A stretch of 64,000 bases of DNA. Source: Ostrea edulis. Lineage: Eukaryota. Under the pieces are notes generated by a model that made no database searches, was not told where the DNA came from, and saw nothing but the letters and a program-made list of their open reading frames with translations. The stretch covers positions 37,014,001 to 37,078,000 of the forward strand of contig NC_079171.1 in NCBI RefSeq assembly GCF_947568905.1, written 5' to 3'. A program made the translations under genes and the position numbers. Below are positions 62,411 to 64,000 of this stretch, in pieces; the stretch's first letter is position 1; the number at the start of each line of letters is the position of its first letter.

Positions 62411-64000
62411 AGTGTAAAACCCACTTATTTTGCAATAAATTTTCTTTCAAATAGATTTTGATATTTGTTTAATATGTTCATTGTCTGCATCTTTCGTATA
62501 GATCACATCAGTCTCAAAATGTTGATCAGTTAAAAAGGCAAGTCTCCGCTTATAATAGCAAAGGGCGCGTCTCAAAGTCCTTATTTTCACATCTTTCTCT
62601 ACATAAAAAAGACAGAAATTCAGAAGTGTTTCGTAACAAATGAATAAATATGTCCACTGATAGCTTGAAATTATAAACCACATCATTTGTGACTCGCGCT
62701 GCCTGGCATCGCATTTGTCGCATTTTGTGATTTTTCAGGGAAAAAATATGAGTCAGAAATTCGGAAAATGCGACACGGAAATTTCGTACTTTAGAAAACG
62801 CGGCGCCATCGTGAATTTTCAGGTGTAGTATACCTAATTATTCAATGAAAGTATTAGCAAAGCACTGTATAGTTTTCCCGAGGAACTGTCTCGAAGACTT
62901 TAAGCTTTCCCCACAAAGAGGAAAGATGATGATATAGCCTAATTCCGAACTGACTTACACCACTCTTGTATGAGAACCATGTTCCTGTTCATCTTGTATA
63001 GCATATAGTATACAGAGGCACATTTGTTGAGCCATTCGATTAATTCTGAGTGGTGGTCCGTCTACGACGGTAAATTAAGTGAGTTTTTTTTTTTTTTTTT
63101 TTTTGGTATTTTCAGTTTATAGTTCTAAGAATCATATTTCTCCCTTATAATACATAATTCGATTCCAGTCTTCCAAAATGTTCTAACTTTCTCTCTCGAG
63201 TTTTTGATAAGACAAGAATTCAGAATACCGGACGGATTAATGAAAATAATCAGATTCCCGGCGGGTAACTGGTTTTGTTTATATATAATGATTTTTTCAC
63301 CGACGGCGACGGAGTAAATACGTTTATATAAGGGTATATGTGCCAATGTTTCTATGAGCTTAGGGTTTCGTAAATTTTAACTCACGATTTTGGTGCTTGT
63401 GAGCTTGTTTTTTTTGGGGTGGTCTTCTAGGTTTTCCCCTTTATCGCATATATTTCATTTTCATGAGTATGATTTGACATTCAATGGCACCCAGTGAATT
63501 CTGAAAAAAAACAACAACCCCGGAAGCATTTGGAGAAAAGGCTGTAACTTCCAAATGACAACTTCATCCATTAACGTGTATTTTCATTCATTTCTAAGAA
63601 AGGTAAATAAGGTAATTAGTGTAAATTATTTCAAACTTATTTATAGGCTACTGTATATACTCAGCTAAAACAGGGATCTGTTTGTCTCCTCTCTTCACAG
63701 ACAATATCTCATCTGACTTTACATGAATTTGTAATGATTCCGGATATTTGAGGTACGTCCATGCGGAGTTCTCAATTAGTCACTGTTTACATCACGTGAT
63801 CTCATTTGTGTATAAATATCGAGATTCCGCAGTCGTCTATGTCATTCTGATAGAAGAAACAGCCAAATAAAGAGGACGAGAGTGAATGCACTTTAAAAAG
63901 TATTAATCGTGAACAATTCCTCGCCTGCATGTTCTTACAGTTAGAGAGTGGGTTTGGAAGGCCATCAGAAGTCTGGCCTGCCACGAAGAGGTTGACCTCC

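Noticed and set aside
63780-64000. TATAAATA plus GC-richer sequence at the window end (promoter or LTR/DIRS start)
   Set aside because: Truncated by the window edge, with no second LTR, primer-binding site or downstream ORF visible.

Overview
AT-rich, repeat-dense eukaryotic genomic DNA, most likely a bivalve of the oyster family. That call is inferred from the repeat families and gene types and is not proven. Two spliced genes are supportable. (1) A large plus-strand gene of at least ~1620 aa (exons 45312-49541 and 49645-50285; 5' exon not found) fuses a STAND-like P-loop module with degenerate Walker motifs, ~14 ankyrin repeats, a NAL1/Ssy5-like chymotrypsin-fold serine protease with an intact His-Asp-Ser triad, and a C-terminal coiled coil. 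This NLR-like sensor-protease fusion is the best candidate for an undescribed system. (2) A three-exon minus-strand gene encodes a secreted 247-aa protein with a PAN/apple-like and a C-type-lectin domain (59067-55195). 8232-23930 is a three-unit tandem array (5370/5370/4959 bp) with a mosaic two-step history. Units 1 and 2 carry a 351-nt-period retrozyme-like insert with a complete type I hammerhead ribozyme, and unit 3 has the empty site. Further hammerhead-like motifs mark Penelope-like element ends. The rest is decayed mobile DNA: Penelope/Naiad-like RT fragments, RTE and L2/CR1 LINE pieces, SINEs, Helentron-type non-autonomous elements, TTAA-flanked, hAT-like, Harbinger-like and CACTG-ended transposons, and micro/minisatellites. 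No rRNA, functional tRNA or CRISPR array was found. All family names come from recognition of motifs, not database searches.
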